From IMG/VR virus record IMGVR_UViG_3300025010_000007, positions 1 to 64,000 of that record: DNA of 64,000 nt, one strand, 5' to 3'. Shown here one piece after another: positions 48,525 through 58,816 of this stretch (the stretch's first letter is position 1; each line of letters starts with the position of its first letter). The position numbers and the translations under genes were made by a program. Origin of the DNA: a virus. The notes below the pieces were generated by a model. The model saw nothing but the letters and a program-made list of their open reading frames with translations. It made no database searches and had not been told where the DNA came from.

Positions 48525-50549
48525 TCAAGAAGGCGACTGACACCAAATTTCACGACGCCTGTCTTCGGGCAATAGCTCCATATTTATAGAAACATATTCA
48601 CTTCCCAGCTCAATAAATCTTTCATAGTCCGATGTGGCTTCTTTGCTTTTCGCATCTTTTCCGTCACACATTTTAGAAAATGCTTTGCAGTGATTACTTT
48701 GCACATATCCGTACTTTTGGAGTATTTTATTTTGCTCCTGCACTATCTGCTCTTTCCTGCTTTGAGACAATGCAATCCACCTCTGCCCAATAAATTCTCA
48801 GCATACCTAAACTGCTGCTTTATAAAATCGTCTTCCGCACTGCCACCGCTGGCCAGCCAGTCCGTGATACGTTTTTCGATATCGCGTACTGCTGCGGTCG
48901 GCAGGTGTTTTAGGTTTTCGTGAAGTTCGGAAATGCTGGTTATTTTGGTCATTCTTTTTCTTCCTCAATGTAGAAATCATCTAAATGACTTTCCTGCACA
49001 TTTCCTTGTTCTGGTTCATATACCATATGCCATTGTATTTCATTTATTTCGCACACTGGTTTCTCGTCATCATCAGCGAGACTCAAAGGCATATTAGCAT
49101 TGAATAACTTTTCCTCTGCCTCTTCCTTGCTGTTAGCTTCGATGCAGAAGTTAATTCTAGCAACTACGCTTACTGCCCCGTAAAACTCTTTCATTACCTA
49201 CACCTCCGATTCCTCACCCTGGACGCCTTAGCAAGTTTGCGCCTGCGCCGCTTAAGCCTTACGATAACACGCTTATTGTTGCGCTTGGCCTGTAACTGTG
49301 ACTTAAGCTTGTCCTTACTGCGCTTAATTGGCTTAACTTTCCGCTCTGTCCTGATACCACCCAAAAAGCTCTGCTCTCCTACAACGGGCATTGCTCCAAG
49401 CAGCCTTGCTCCAAGTGAAGTTAGATGCCCAAATCCACCATAACCGAATCTACCTATCATCAATCACGCCTCCCTTTTCCTCTCGCCTGACCAAAGCCTG
49501 CTCCTTAGCCTATGCGTAATTAATCTTACATCCGCATGTCGGGCAATGTGATGCGCGGTGGTTTTCTGCGCTTACCGTAATAAATTTCTTGCCACATGCC
49601 CCGCATTTATATGTTTCTAGCACCTTGTCTGTACTGATTAAAAATGTTTTAGCTATTTCTCCCGAAGACTTATGTTTAGTAAAACGGTCAAAACGTTCGT
49701 TAAATATTTCAGTTCGGTAGTTTTCTAATATTTCTGCCGGAGACTTTGGGTTATGAGTGCATGTCCAGCAAGGATTTCCGTAGTAAGTGCTTAATATCGT
49801 ACACTTGTCGCAAGGATGCTTCATGCCGTTTTCTCAACCTCCCTCTTGCCACCCCGCAAAATTATCGTCCTAACAGACAACACCCCTTGCTCAATCCTCA
49901 AAGCTGCAATATATCCACCACCCAAATGAAGCAGGGCCGTACCATTGCGCGAAAACTTTAGTCCTCCAGCGGATCTAATCGTGTCGTTAACCAGGTTAAC
50001 CACCTTGTTGAGCAGCTTCTTGCGGTTCCTGTACCCCCCCGCTCACGGTAACGATTGTAGGCATGATTTGTAAGTTCTACTTTATACTCACGATATCCGT
50101 ACACCCCGCCCCCTCCTTCGGTATCCATTCTAGCCCTTAGTAAGGGCCATTGCGGCAAATGTTCCGGCATATTTTGTACGCATAAATCCTAGTTCCTTAA
50201 GCACCTTCATATAGGCAGTGAGGTGCATTTTTATAGTTTCATGAATTTTATTACCATCTTTTAGTTTTGCGAGTGCCTTTTCAAAATGCGGAAAATAAGT
50301 TTCGTCAAACTCGGAATCGTCGTTCATAAATATCCGAATAATAAGGACATCTTCGTCCGTTCCGTTCTCATAAACAGGCTTTAGTTGCTCATTTATGTCC
50401 TTCATGGAAAACATATTGTATTCTGGATTGTACCGCTTAACTATATCGTCGACGTAAAATCCACAGCAAAGACCGTGTGTTGCTTGGCCGATTTTTTTTC
50501 CGTTTTTATCGAGTATGTTAATGCAATTACCCATTATCCAACCTCCCAA
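48525..50549 (-). other. Cluster of small hypothetical middle genes (48525, 48743, 48949, 49194, 49510, 49821-50128 frameshifted, 50130)
   Basis: Overlapping stop/start codons with RBSs. Confidence 0.65.
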
Positions 50550-50884
50550 ACCTCAACCTCTGCCCTCTCCTGGTGTTTCTTACAGTTATGCCGCCAGACA
50601 TGGGCCTCAACGATCTGTCGATCATCAACATAAGCAATCCCGTTCAATCCATCACATATGGCTTTACTGATATTGTCCCAGTCTCCCGGATGTCCGGATA
50701 CGTAAAGCTTTATCCTAATACCTACGTTTCCCGTAATCATCTTTACCTTAGCCTCTTTAGCCTTCCATCCAACAGCTAATTTATAGTCAAGATATCTCTG
50801 AGCAGAGGGCTTCCATTTGTCCTTCTGCGTCATTCTAACGGCAGGTACTGGCCTTCCTGTTACGGTAAAACTAATTACTGTCAT
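50534..50884 (-). CDS. rusA: RusA-family Holliday junction resolvase
   Basis: GRPVPAVR..GDWDNISKAICDGLNGIAYVDDRQIV. Confidence 0.9.
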   Translation of the reverse strand: MTVISFTVTGRPVPAVRMTQKDKWKPSAQRYLDYKLAVGWKAKEAKVKMITGNVGIRIKLYVSGHPGDWDNISKAICDGLNGIAYVDDRQIVEAHVWRHNCKKHQERAEVEVWEVG

Positions 50885-51182
50885 AATACGACTCCACCGC
50901 CTCCCGCCAATCCTCCGGCCAATCGCCACAATGCACACAATGTTCACAGTCATCCCGGCAGCCAGTATGATGCAACCAGCAGCCGGGTTCTCCTGAGCTA
51001 AGCACTTTTCAACCAGCGCGCCATGCCCTTCAAAATCAGATCCAGAGCCACATCCACAAACTGGCACTTCAAGTGATCCAGTGCCTTGACCTTGGTCATT
51101 TTATTCATGCTCTCATGGTTCTTCTGGCAAAATTCCCTGACTTCCTCAACCTGCTGTTCTTCCTGCTCAGTCCTCTTAGCCA

Positions 51183-53627
51183 TTACATGTACCCCCCCCC
51201 TATGCCAACTATCTGACTATTAACCTGTGCCAACAATCTCCTGTCCTTCTCCTGCTGAATCCTGAACTTTCCGTTTTCCCGGCAATCCCGGAACAGTACC
51301 ATGTCTAACTCCTTTTCGCTCGCTGCGCGAAGTTGAAATCTATACTCATCACTGTCCAAAGGAAATTGCAGTAACTTATCGACAGTGGACATCATTTCAC
51401 ATCCATTGGGTGCTTGTCCTCTAAATCCGGGTAGATATATGCCATTGCCTTGGTTTTCTTGCTGCCCTGGCACTTCCTCCCCAACCCTCTTCCAGCCCCT
51501 CTTTGTCGCATATTCCACAAGGTTCCTCTCAGCCTCTTCCCTGGTCGGGACGTACGGCATCGACGTTGATTTCATGCAGGTAGGCGCATCTTCTCCGTCC
51601 TTTTGGTAGAACGTTCTGTACCCGATTATCCTGCCGCGAGAATTGTAAGTAATAAACAGTATCCGTCCCGTATCGTCTATGTGGTGGCAGGTCTCTCCGA
51701 AAGGATTAAATAGCTCCTGTTTCTGCCCCAAAACTGAAGGTTCCTGTTGCGGTTTTTCCTTCTCCGCCAAAGCTGGGGCTGAAAAACCTCTACAGGCGTG
51801 AAACAGCTTGCTATTTTCCTCGAAACCATGCCAGTTCGTTGCTTTAATACTAAAGTCAGCGTTGATGCACCGGTCCCGTAAAAATCCATTAGTCCCTGCT
51901 GGAGACTTAAATATGCAACCATCCGGGCAGTTGTCGTGAGTGTTATGAGTGCTTTTGTGGTTAAATTCGGGATTTTCTTTTAAAGGCAAAACATTGGATT
52001 CTGATACTGCAGTTTCAAAAACTCCCCGGCAGTTCTTCCACTTTTCTTCCGGATCCTCAGTGTAACTGTCGTTAAATAATTCTGGATTACTGCACCGGTA
52101 ATGTTCTCTCTCCAAGTGCATCACTTTAACTTTATATTTACATTTATCAGGGCAGTCGAAGTGTGTATTCATTGTATTTTGCATGGTATATTCACTGTCC
52201 ACTTCGACTACTACCGGTACCGGCTTATTGTGTTTACACTCGCCGTTTGAACACATCTTAAACGGCTGTCCCTCATTCATCACTGTAACGACGTGTTCAC
52301 AGTTCACCTGGCATTTTGCCGTATACAGGAATGTGTTTTCCATGGTGTAAACTGGTTCCTGCTCCTGCATCTTAAGTTCCCAGCACTCAGGCTCGGTGCA
52401 GCGGAGTGTATGCGTCTCTCCGTCATTCGGGTCAATCAGATATGACTGGCCAATACTGCAGTCGCTGCAGTCAGCATGATCTGGCAGCGGCCTTGATTCT
52501 TCCCAATCCTCTTGTCTACTGGCTTGCAGATCAGCAGCTAATAAATCCCTGCGTTTTTTAGCCTCTGCCAGGAGTATTAGTAGATATTCCTTATCAACTT
52601 CAGTGCTGATGTGGCTGCCAAGCTGCTCTTCTGTCAAACCTTCCGCTACCTGCCTGAGAGTCTCCTTCTGCTCCTCGGATAGTGACTCTTGTTCCATATC
52701 GCCCAGCAACATCACATCATTCCACACGCACCCAATGCCTATCTGTTCCCTATGCATTGCAAGTTTTTTATACTCGCAAACTTCACATTTAAGTGTAATT
52801 TCTTGTTCCTGCACTCCTGCTGCCACTAAAGCCAATCTGCGGGCCTGTTCTGCTGTGACAGTATCTATTGCTGCAGCTATCTCCTGAGAGGATTTTAGTC
52901 CTTCCCTTTCCGCCTCACGCTCTGCTCTCAGCCTCTGCCGTTCTTCCTCTTGTCGTGCCAGTTCTTCCTCCAGTAGCCTTTTTCGCTCGTTTTCAGCAGC
53001 TATCTCCTTGGCCACTTCCTCGCTCTGAACAGCTATTTCTCTGGCTATCTCCCTGACTGGTAGCCCCTTAACAACACTTTCAGCCACACGCTCCATAATT
53101 TCTTGACCAAACATTAACTTTTTGGCGGCCAAAAGTTCTTTGGCGTGACCGGGCCCAATTATTCCACGTGAAATATTTTCCCTCACACTCTCCGGCAGCT
53201 CTAACAATCGCAACCGGTTTGCTATATGACTTTGGCTCTTACCCAGTCGCTCGGCTAACTCCTCCTGCTTCAGTCCGGCATCCAGGAGCAACCGGAACCC
53301 CTGCGCCTCTTCGATGGGGTTTACGTCCTTGCGCTGCAGGTTCTCGACAACCATAATTTCAAGCTCCTGCACTTCATCCAGGCCGTATCGGATAATTGCA
53401 GGTATTGCAGACAGCCCTACTTCCCGTGCGGCTCTCCAACGACGTTCCCCTGCTATCAGGCGGTATGTTCTTGGGGTTATTTCAGCCTCAACTACCACTA
53501 CCGGCTGCAGTATTCCGACACTACGAATACTGGCGGCAAGCTCGGTCAAAGAGTTGTCATCAAAGATTTTTCTCGGATTCTGCGGATTCGGAATTATCAT
53601 GTCAAGCGGTATGTTCATCATGCTCAT
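51183..53627 (-). CDS. Spo0J/ParB-family CTPase with HTH and long Cys/His-rich C-terminal extension
   Basis: NPQNPRK, IAGERRWRAA, ENLQR, HTH QEELAERLGKSQSHIANRLRLL, GHAKELL. Confidence 0.92.
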   Translation of the reverse strand: MSMMNIPLDMIIPNPQNPRKIFDDNSLTELAASIRSVGILQPVVVVEAEITPRTYRLIAGERRWRAAREVGLSAIPAIIRYGLDEVQELEIMVVENLQRKDVNPIEEAQGFRLLLDAGLKQEELAERLGKSQSHIANRLRLLELPESVRENISRGIIGPGHAKELLAAKKLMFGQEIMERVAESVVKGLPVREIAREIAVQSEEVAKEIAAENERKRLLEEELARQEEERQRLRAEREAEREGLKSSQEIAAAIDTVTAEQARRLALVAAGVQEQEITLKCEVCEYKKLAMHREQIGIGCVWNDVMLLGDMEQESLSEEQKETLRQVAEGLTEEQLGSHISTEVDKEYLLILLAEAKKRRDLLAADLQASRQEDWEESRPLPDHADCSDCSIGQSYLIDPNDGETHTLRCTEPECWELKMQEQEPVYTMENTFLYTAKCQVNCEHVVTVMNEGQPFKMCSNGECKHNKPVPVVVEVDSEYTMQNTMNTHFDCPDKCKYKVKVMHLEREHYRCSNPELFNDSYTEDPEEKWKNCRGVFETAVSESNVLPLKENPEFNHKSTHNTHDNCPDGCIFKSPAGTNGFLRDRCINADFSIKATNWHGFEENSKLFHACRGFSAPALAEKEKPQQEPSVLGQKQELFNPFGETCHHIDDTGRILFITYNSRGRIIGYRTFYQKDGEDAPTCMKSTSMPYVPTREEAERNLVEYATKRGWKRVGEEVPGQQENQGNGIYLPGFRGQAPNGCEMMSTVDKLLQFPLDSDEYRFQLRAASEKELDMVLFRDCRENGKFRIQQEKDRRLLAQVNSQIVGIGGGYM
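53160..53175. promoter_or_regulatory. parS/NBS-hybrid palindrome, copy 5 (TATTCCACGTGAAATA) inside the parB gene
   Basis: Overlaps codons N-I-S-R-G-I-I just after the HTH. Confidence 0.78.
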
Positions 53628-53685
53628 ATTCTCACCCCGTTCTGTTTATGTGGCCGGATCGGCTCCGGTCGGCTATGTATTTTGT

Positions 53686-54600
53686 CTAATAAGCGTATTC
53701 ATAACACCCAAGGGCATCCCGCAAACCAGTTTTCCTTTCTGAAACTTTTTTCTGCTTTGTCTTCCTGGTTTTATAATTCCTTGGGCGGCATTTTCCGTTG
53801 TTTAGCCGCCAAGCCTTTATACTGCCTTCGCTCCGGTCCGTATATCCTGCCTCAATAAACTGTCTGTGCAGCTCCTTGGAAGGCAAATTCTGACTGGCTA
53901 TGCGTTTTTCTTCGTCAGAATAGTGTTTACCCATCAAACAGCCCTCCTGACTTGGTCGACCAACCTAACAACGTCTCCATATTTCTCAATTCCGTACCTA
54001 GCCAATTCAAGAAATACGTAATATGCGCTTCGATGTTTAGGCGTGGCCCGACCGGACATTTTTTTCTTGACGATATCCTCAATTTTTAGGCTAACCTTGC
54101 CGGGATCCACTGTCCCGGCCTCGTGAATTGCCTGAATAACCAAATCTAAGGCGCTAACCTTAGCCATCAATGCTCACCTTCTTTCGTGTGAGATATAGTT
54201 GGAGTTTGGCCAAAAATCCTACGGGTGCAGATTCAAGTTTATCCAGTCTGGCAGTATGGCTATTGATTATGTCCTTTTTGAATCCATTATTTTCCTGCAT
54301 TATTTCGAGGACGCGCTCAATAAGTTCTATGTCCTCGGTTAGTTTACCGACAAGAACAGTAAGATTGGGAAGTTGTTCCAGGTTTACAAGCCGCATACTA
54401 TGCCCTGATATATTTTCCTCATGAAACCTGCTGATTTTCTTGAGTTTTATAATCTCTTGCTTTAAAGAGACATTTTCATCAACCAAAGAACTAATTTTTT
54501 GATACAATTGAGCGGACCATTTAGAGTTTACTAAAGCCAAATCTGTGGCCGCTTTAACTTTCCGCTCTAAACGTTGGATGCGTGTTTTTCGCTGTTTCAT
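53686..54600 (-). other. Three small hypothetical genes (53686, 53934, 54160)
   Basis: Coupled ORFs. Confidence 0.6.
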
Positions 54601-54624
54601 ATCGCTTTAGCCTCCTGCCCATAT

Positions 54625-56406
54625 TTACGAATATACCAGGTCATCCTTAACAGGCATTACCCAAATCTCCTGATTACTCAATTCCCAAGCATCAAGCTTA
54701 CTCAGTAGCAGTGTCCGTAGTATTTGCTCCCCGATGGCTCGTGCTGCCGGTGGCGGTACCGCATTTCCGATCCTCTCACGCCACTTGGCATCTGATTTGC
54801 CTGCCAGTACTACTGGGCTTCCGTCCGGCATGTAAAGCGGGAATCCTTGGAGTGCAAGCAGTTCCCATGTTGTCAAAGGCCTATGCCAACTACCGTCTAG
54901 TGCTATGATTACCCATACTCCGCTTTCGGTGTCTTTCGGGATCCTGGGATCTGCTACTGCCGTATTGCCGGAATGAATATCAGCACCCGTGACCGTCTTT
55001 GCCGGGTCTGACCAATCCTGTACACCGTAACTGCCTGACCTGCATTTACAACTTAGTCTCGGATCCGCTATGGTTATAGCCCCGCTGTTTGGCCTGTGCG
55101 CCCCGGTTACTGTCGGCGCCGACTTATCCCACCTATACACCCGATATATAGCGTGATGGGTACCGTCTTTAAATCCGGTCCTTGGGTCCGCAATGGCTGA
55201 AGCTCCCGAACCAAAACGGGTACCAGTAACGCACGGGCCCGGCTCTGTCCAGTTGACTACTTGGTAAACTGCCGGGTGACGACCATCTCTCTTTGACAGC
55301 CTTGGGTCCGCAACTACAGCAGGGCAGTTGCTGCTTGATGCTGAGGCACTTCCGGTAATTGCCTGTGTCGGTTTATCCCAATCCAGAACACCCATAAGTC
55401 CTGGACTGCCATTAAACGTTTTTCCCATTTTTTCTGAGAGCCTTGGATCCGCTACTGCGGACGCTTGACTTCCTCCTACCCGCGTTTGTCCTATCACTGT
55501 GCCGGAAGGCTTTTCCCAATCCAAAACTCCCAAGGCTGCATTTCTCGGTATATGTTCAAGCCGGTATTCTTCCGGCGCTATTTTTTCAAGGTCTCGCCAG
55601 TCCCCACCAGCCGGGATAAGAGCTAACCTTACCCACGTTTTCCACTGCAACCGCGGTAGTCTGTGCATTATTCCACCTGCTAGACTGTCCGGCATAGGCA
55701 GCGGCCCTAAGATTTCACCAATTGACCGAACCTGCAGTTTTGGTGGTTGGTAGATGAAGTTTTGCACTTTTGCAGGGTTCCTGGCTATGAGCAGGTACCG
55801 CTTTCTGTGCTGTCCCAGTCCACCCAGCTCTCCACAGTCGTGATATCCTTCATGAAAAACATACCCGGCACGGCTCAGCAGGCTTTTAATTTCATGCAGC
55901 AGCTCCTTACCCCGGGTCGTTATTCGCGGGACGTTTTCCAGAAGAATTATGCCGGGCAGATCATCGGCAAATGCCTCCAAGGTTAGCCGTAAGCCTCTCA
56001 CTGTCAAGCGATTAAGCGCCTGATATTTCTCGCTTGCCGCTGATTTACTGGGAAGTAGACCTGAGAAACCTTTGCATGGCGGGGAAGTAAAAACCACATC
56101 CGGAGCTATTCCCCGGGCCACTTCCCGTACATCTTCCGGGGTGACTTCTCGCCAACTTTCAGGCGGCTCTTTGCCGTGAAATGCTCGGTAGTCATTACGG
56201 CTAAACAGGTCCATCTGCACCGCTGGGGCTCCGGTCAACATCTCAAAATCATTGCAGGCATCAGGATCACAATCTATGCCAGCTAAGGTGATAAAGTTTG
56301 CAGATACTCCCCGGTATTCTGTTTCAGCGGCCTGCATCCCCAAAGCGGCCCCGCCTATACCGGCGAAAAGATGCAGGACTGCATATGTGTGCTCTATACT
56401 GTTCAC
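54625..56406 (-). CDS. Orphan C5-cytosine DNA methyltransferase with five ADPR-ending repeats
   Basis: LFAGIGG, SPPCKGFS, LENVP, QHRKR, IGNAVPP. Confidence 0.93.
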   Translation of the reverse strand: MNSIEHTYAVLHLFAGIGGAALGMQAAETEYRGVSANFITLAGIDCDPDACNDFEMLTGAPAVQMDLFSRNDYRAFHGKEPPESWREVTPEDVREVARGIAPDVVFTSPPCKGFSGLLPSKSAASEKYQALNRLTVRGLRLTLEAFADDLPGIILLENVPRITTRGKELLHEIKSLLSRAGYVFHEGYHDCGELGGLGQHRKRYLLIARNPAKVQNFIYQPPKLQVRSIGEILGPLPMPDSLAGGIMHRLPRLQWKTWVRLALIPAGGDWRDLEKIAPEEYRLEHIPRNAALGVLDWEKPSGTVIGQTRVGGSQASAVADPRLSEKMGKTFNGSPGLMGVLDWDKPTQAITGSASASSSNCPAVVADPRLSKRDGRHPAVYQVVNWTEPGPCVTGTRFGSGASAIADPRTGFKDGTHHAIYRVYRWDKSAPTVTGAHRPNSGAITIADPRLSCKCRSGSYGVQDWSDPAKTVTGADIHSGNTAVADPRIPKDTESGVWVIIALDGSWHRPLTTWELLALQGFPLYMPDGSPVVLAGKSDAKWRERIGNAVPPPAARAIGEQILRTLLLSKLDAWELSNQEIWVMPVKDDLVYS

Positions 56407-56424
56407 CCCTCTTCATGAAGTTAT

Positions 56425-56658
56425 TTAAGCAGTGCCTCGTCTCGGATAAGCCATATCCTCGCGGGCTTCACGTATCATGCCATCAGTTATAGAAAAGCTC
56501 CGGCCTATCGTAAACCCCTGCATTTCTCCTGTTTCCCCGCAATTGCAGCAGGTGACTATTGCTCTACCAGGTGATTTCCAGGAGTTTACATCCACCATGG
56601 GACTTCCGCAGCCCATACAGAAAAGTATCCCTGCTGTGCAAAGTTTGCTATCCTGCAT
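56425..56658 (-). CDS. Small zinc-ribbon protein
   Basis: CMGC..CCNC. Confidence 0.55.
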   Translation of the reverse strand: MQDSKLCTAGILFCMGCGSPMVDVNSWKSPGRAIVTCCNCGETGEMQGFTIGRSFSITDGMIREAREDMAYPRRGTA

Positions 56659-57952
56659 CAATTTCCACCTCGCTTTTGCCGCCACCAAGATCACTAAACC
56701 TGGTGTATTCTTTTTCCCATTTCAATTCCAATGTTCCAGTTGGGCCCTCACGCTGCTTAGATATCATGATTTCTGCAATGCCTTTTTTTAGAGTCTCAGG
56801 GTTGTAATACTCCTCCCGGTAGATAAAAGCTATCACGTCAGCATTGTTCTCAATCCCGCCACTCTCCCGTAGGTCTGACATTTGCGGGTGCTTGTCTGCC
56901 CGATTCTCCACACTCCGGCTAAGCTGTGCCAAAGCGACAACCGGAACGTCCAACTCCTTCGCTAGTGCCTTCAAGGAGGTAGCTATTTCAGTTATTTCCT
57001 GGTCCCTAGTCCCTACTTTTCTGTGGCACTTAATAAGCTGCAGGTAATCAATAACTACCAAGTCCAGTCCGTCACGTCTTTTAATTGCCCGACATTTTAA
57101 GCGTATCTCTGGAACGGTAACCACCGAAGCATCTTCGATAACCAGATTTGATTTATGCAATTTCTCCCCAAGATTATTAACCTCGTTCCACTCCTGCTGA
57201 TTCAGGTTGCCGATTCTGAACCGGGAACCATTTAACAAGCAGTGCTGGACAAAAATCCTGTTAAGAATCTGCTCTTTGCTCATTTCTAGGCTGAAAAAAG
57301 CTACCCCCTTGCCCCCAAGTGCTGAATATTTCGCTATTTCTGTGAGTAGCGATGTCTTGCCCATACTTGGCCTGGCAGCTATAATTATCAGGTCTTTTCG
57401 TTGTAGGCCGTTGGTCATGTATTCAAATCTTTTAAACGGCATTTTCAGTCCGGTTATACCAGGTTTTCTGTCCTCGATGCTCCGTATATAGCCTAGAACA
57501 TTATCTTTGACCCGGTATAACTCAGCGCTTTTTTCCTGTCCAAGTTCGTGAAAATACTGTTCGGCCTCTGCGATCAGTTCTTCCGCCGTCTCATAGTCTC
57601 CGTCATAAGCCTTGTTTGATATTCTCCCTGCTCCAGCAACCGCTTTGCGTAAAAGGCTATACTCCCTAACCTGTTTGGCGTAATAACCGGCATTTGCTGC
57701 TGTTGGCGAATAGGTTATGAGCTCTGCTATGTAGGTTGCTGATATGTCAGCAGCTTTGGCCGATACAGATACCAGATCCGGGGCTATGTTTTCAGCTTCA
57801 AGCTCCAAGATAGTACGAAATATCGCGCCATTCCGGTTGTCGTAAAAATCATTTTGGGTTAATATGCCGCTGATCTCGTCGATGATTTCTTTGTCGCGAA
57901 AGACAGCACCAAGCAGGGTTTTTTCTGCCTCCAAATTTGCAAGTGTTTTCAT
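56648..57952 (-). CDS. dnaB: Replicative DNA helicase (DnaB family)
   Basis: AARPSMGKT, FSLEM, IDYLQL, DLRESGGIE. Confidence 0.96.
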   Translation of the reverse strand: MKTLANLEAEKTLLGAVFRDKEIIDEISGILTQNDFYDNRNGAIFRTILELEAENIAPDLVSVSAKAADISATYIAELITYSPTAANAGYYAKQVREYSLLRKAVAGAGRISNKAYDGDYETAEELIAEAEQYFHELGQEKSAELYRVKDNVLGYIRSIEDRKPGITGLKMPFKRFEYMTNGLQRKDLIIIAARPSMGKTSLLTEIAKYSALGGKGVAFFSLEMSKEQILNRIFVQHCLLNGSRFRIGNLNQQEWNEVNNLGEKLHKSNLVIEDASVVTVPEIRLKCRAIKRRDGLDLVVIDYLQLIKCHRKVGTRDQEITEIATSLKALAKELDVPVVALAQLSRSVENRADKHPQMSDLRESGGIENNADVIAFIYREEYYNPETLKKGIAEIMISKQREGPTGTLELKWEKEYTRFSDLGGGKSEVEIDAG

Positions 57953-58803
57953 TTGCGATCACCCAACGTTTTTAGGTAAAACTGGTAGTTTTCGTCGTCT
58001 TCAAAAGACGGTTTTGGGCTGGCTGGCTGTTGTATCACAGTAGGGCTTGCCCTGGTTTTACCATTTTTCTTTTTCTTAAATTCTGCATCCACCCTAACAA
58101 CACCGGCCATTGTGGTTACCTGATTGTCTACCCAGTCATTTAGTATAGTCACGGTATAGCTTAACCTGGTCTTGCCTTGCAATCTTGTTCTCCTAATTGC
58201 CTCGCAGACAACTGACTTCTCCATGCCATCATCGACATAGCTTTGCAGATTCTCCATTTCGTTAGGACTAATAAGCCTACCAAATTCCTGTTCGTAAACT
58301 TTAACGAAACTTTCCTCTTCGCGATCATGATCATTATGATCTTTTAGTTTAGTTTCGTTTAGTTTATTTAATGCGGCATGGTTGTCGGCATGGTTGTCGG
58401 CATGGTTGTCGGCATGGTTGTCGGCATGGTTGTCGGCATTAGATGCCGACAAATCATCTACCGTCTTTTTGTCGGTACATTTGTAGGCATTAGATGCCTG
58501 CTTTTGTACCGACTTTTCTTCTACGTAAAAGGGTATTATTGAATATAAAGCAGCTTGGCTTCCTTTGCGCTGTCGCCACTTAATTCTGCCCTTCTGCGCT
58601 AGTTCGTTCCTGGCAGATGATACAGTCCTGGGTGCAAGTCCAGACTTAACGCATAGCACCGATACGGCCACAGCAAACTCATCCATCCATGCTGTTTTAT
58701 TGTTTATGTGCATAAGCGCATGCCATAAAGCAATGCCAGATAGTGATAGTCCGTTTGTTTCGAGCCAATCATAGAATGCGTTAAGTTCTTTGATATAGTT
58801 CAT
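57949..58803 (-). CDS. Phage replication initiator with DnaD/DnaB_2 domain
   Basis: MNYIKELNAFYDWL; YEQEFGRLISP..YTVTILNDW. Confidence 0.9.
   Translation of the reverse strand: MNYIKELNAFYDWLETNGLSLSGIALWHALMHINNKTAWMDEFAVAVSVLCVKSGLAPRTVSSARNELAQKGRIKWRQRKGSQAALYSIIPFYVEEKSVQKQASNAYKCTDKKTVDDLSASNADNHADNHADNHADNHADNHAALNKLNETKLKDHNDHDREEESFVKVYEQEFGRLISPNEMENLQSYVDDGMEKSVVCEAIRRTRLQGKTRLSYTVTILNDWVDNQVTTMAGVVRVDAEFKKKKNGKTRASPTVIQQPASPKPSFEDDENYQFYLKTLGDRK
58375..58452. repeat. Iteron array, probable phage replication origin
   Basis: 5 tandem GGCATGGTTGTC (58375-58434) plus inverted repeat TTGTCGGCAT-TAG-ATGCCGACAA, beside an AT-rich tract, inside the initiator gene. Confidence 0.8.
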
Positions 58804-58816
58804 ATTTGCACCCCTG

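Noticed and set aside
50885-51067. Cys-rich N-terminal extension of RusA
   Set aside because: Overlaps small genes in other frames; the RusA domain begins at 50884
58375-58434. CRISPR array
   Set aside because: Tandem 12-mers without spacers, in frame inside a gene; no cas genes
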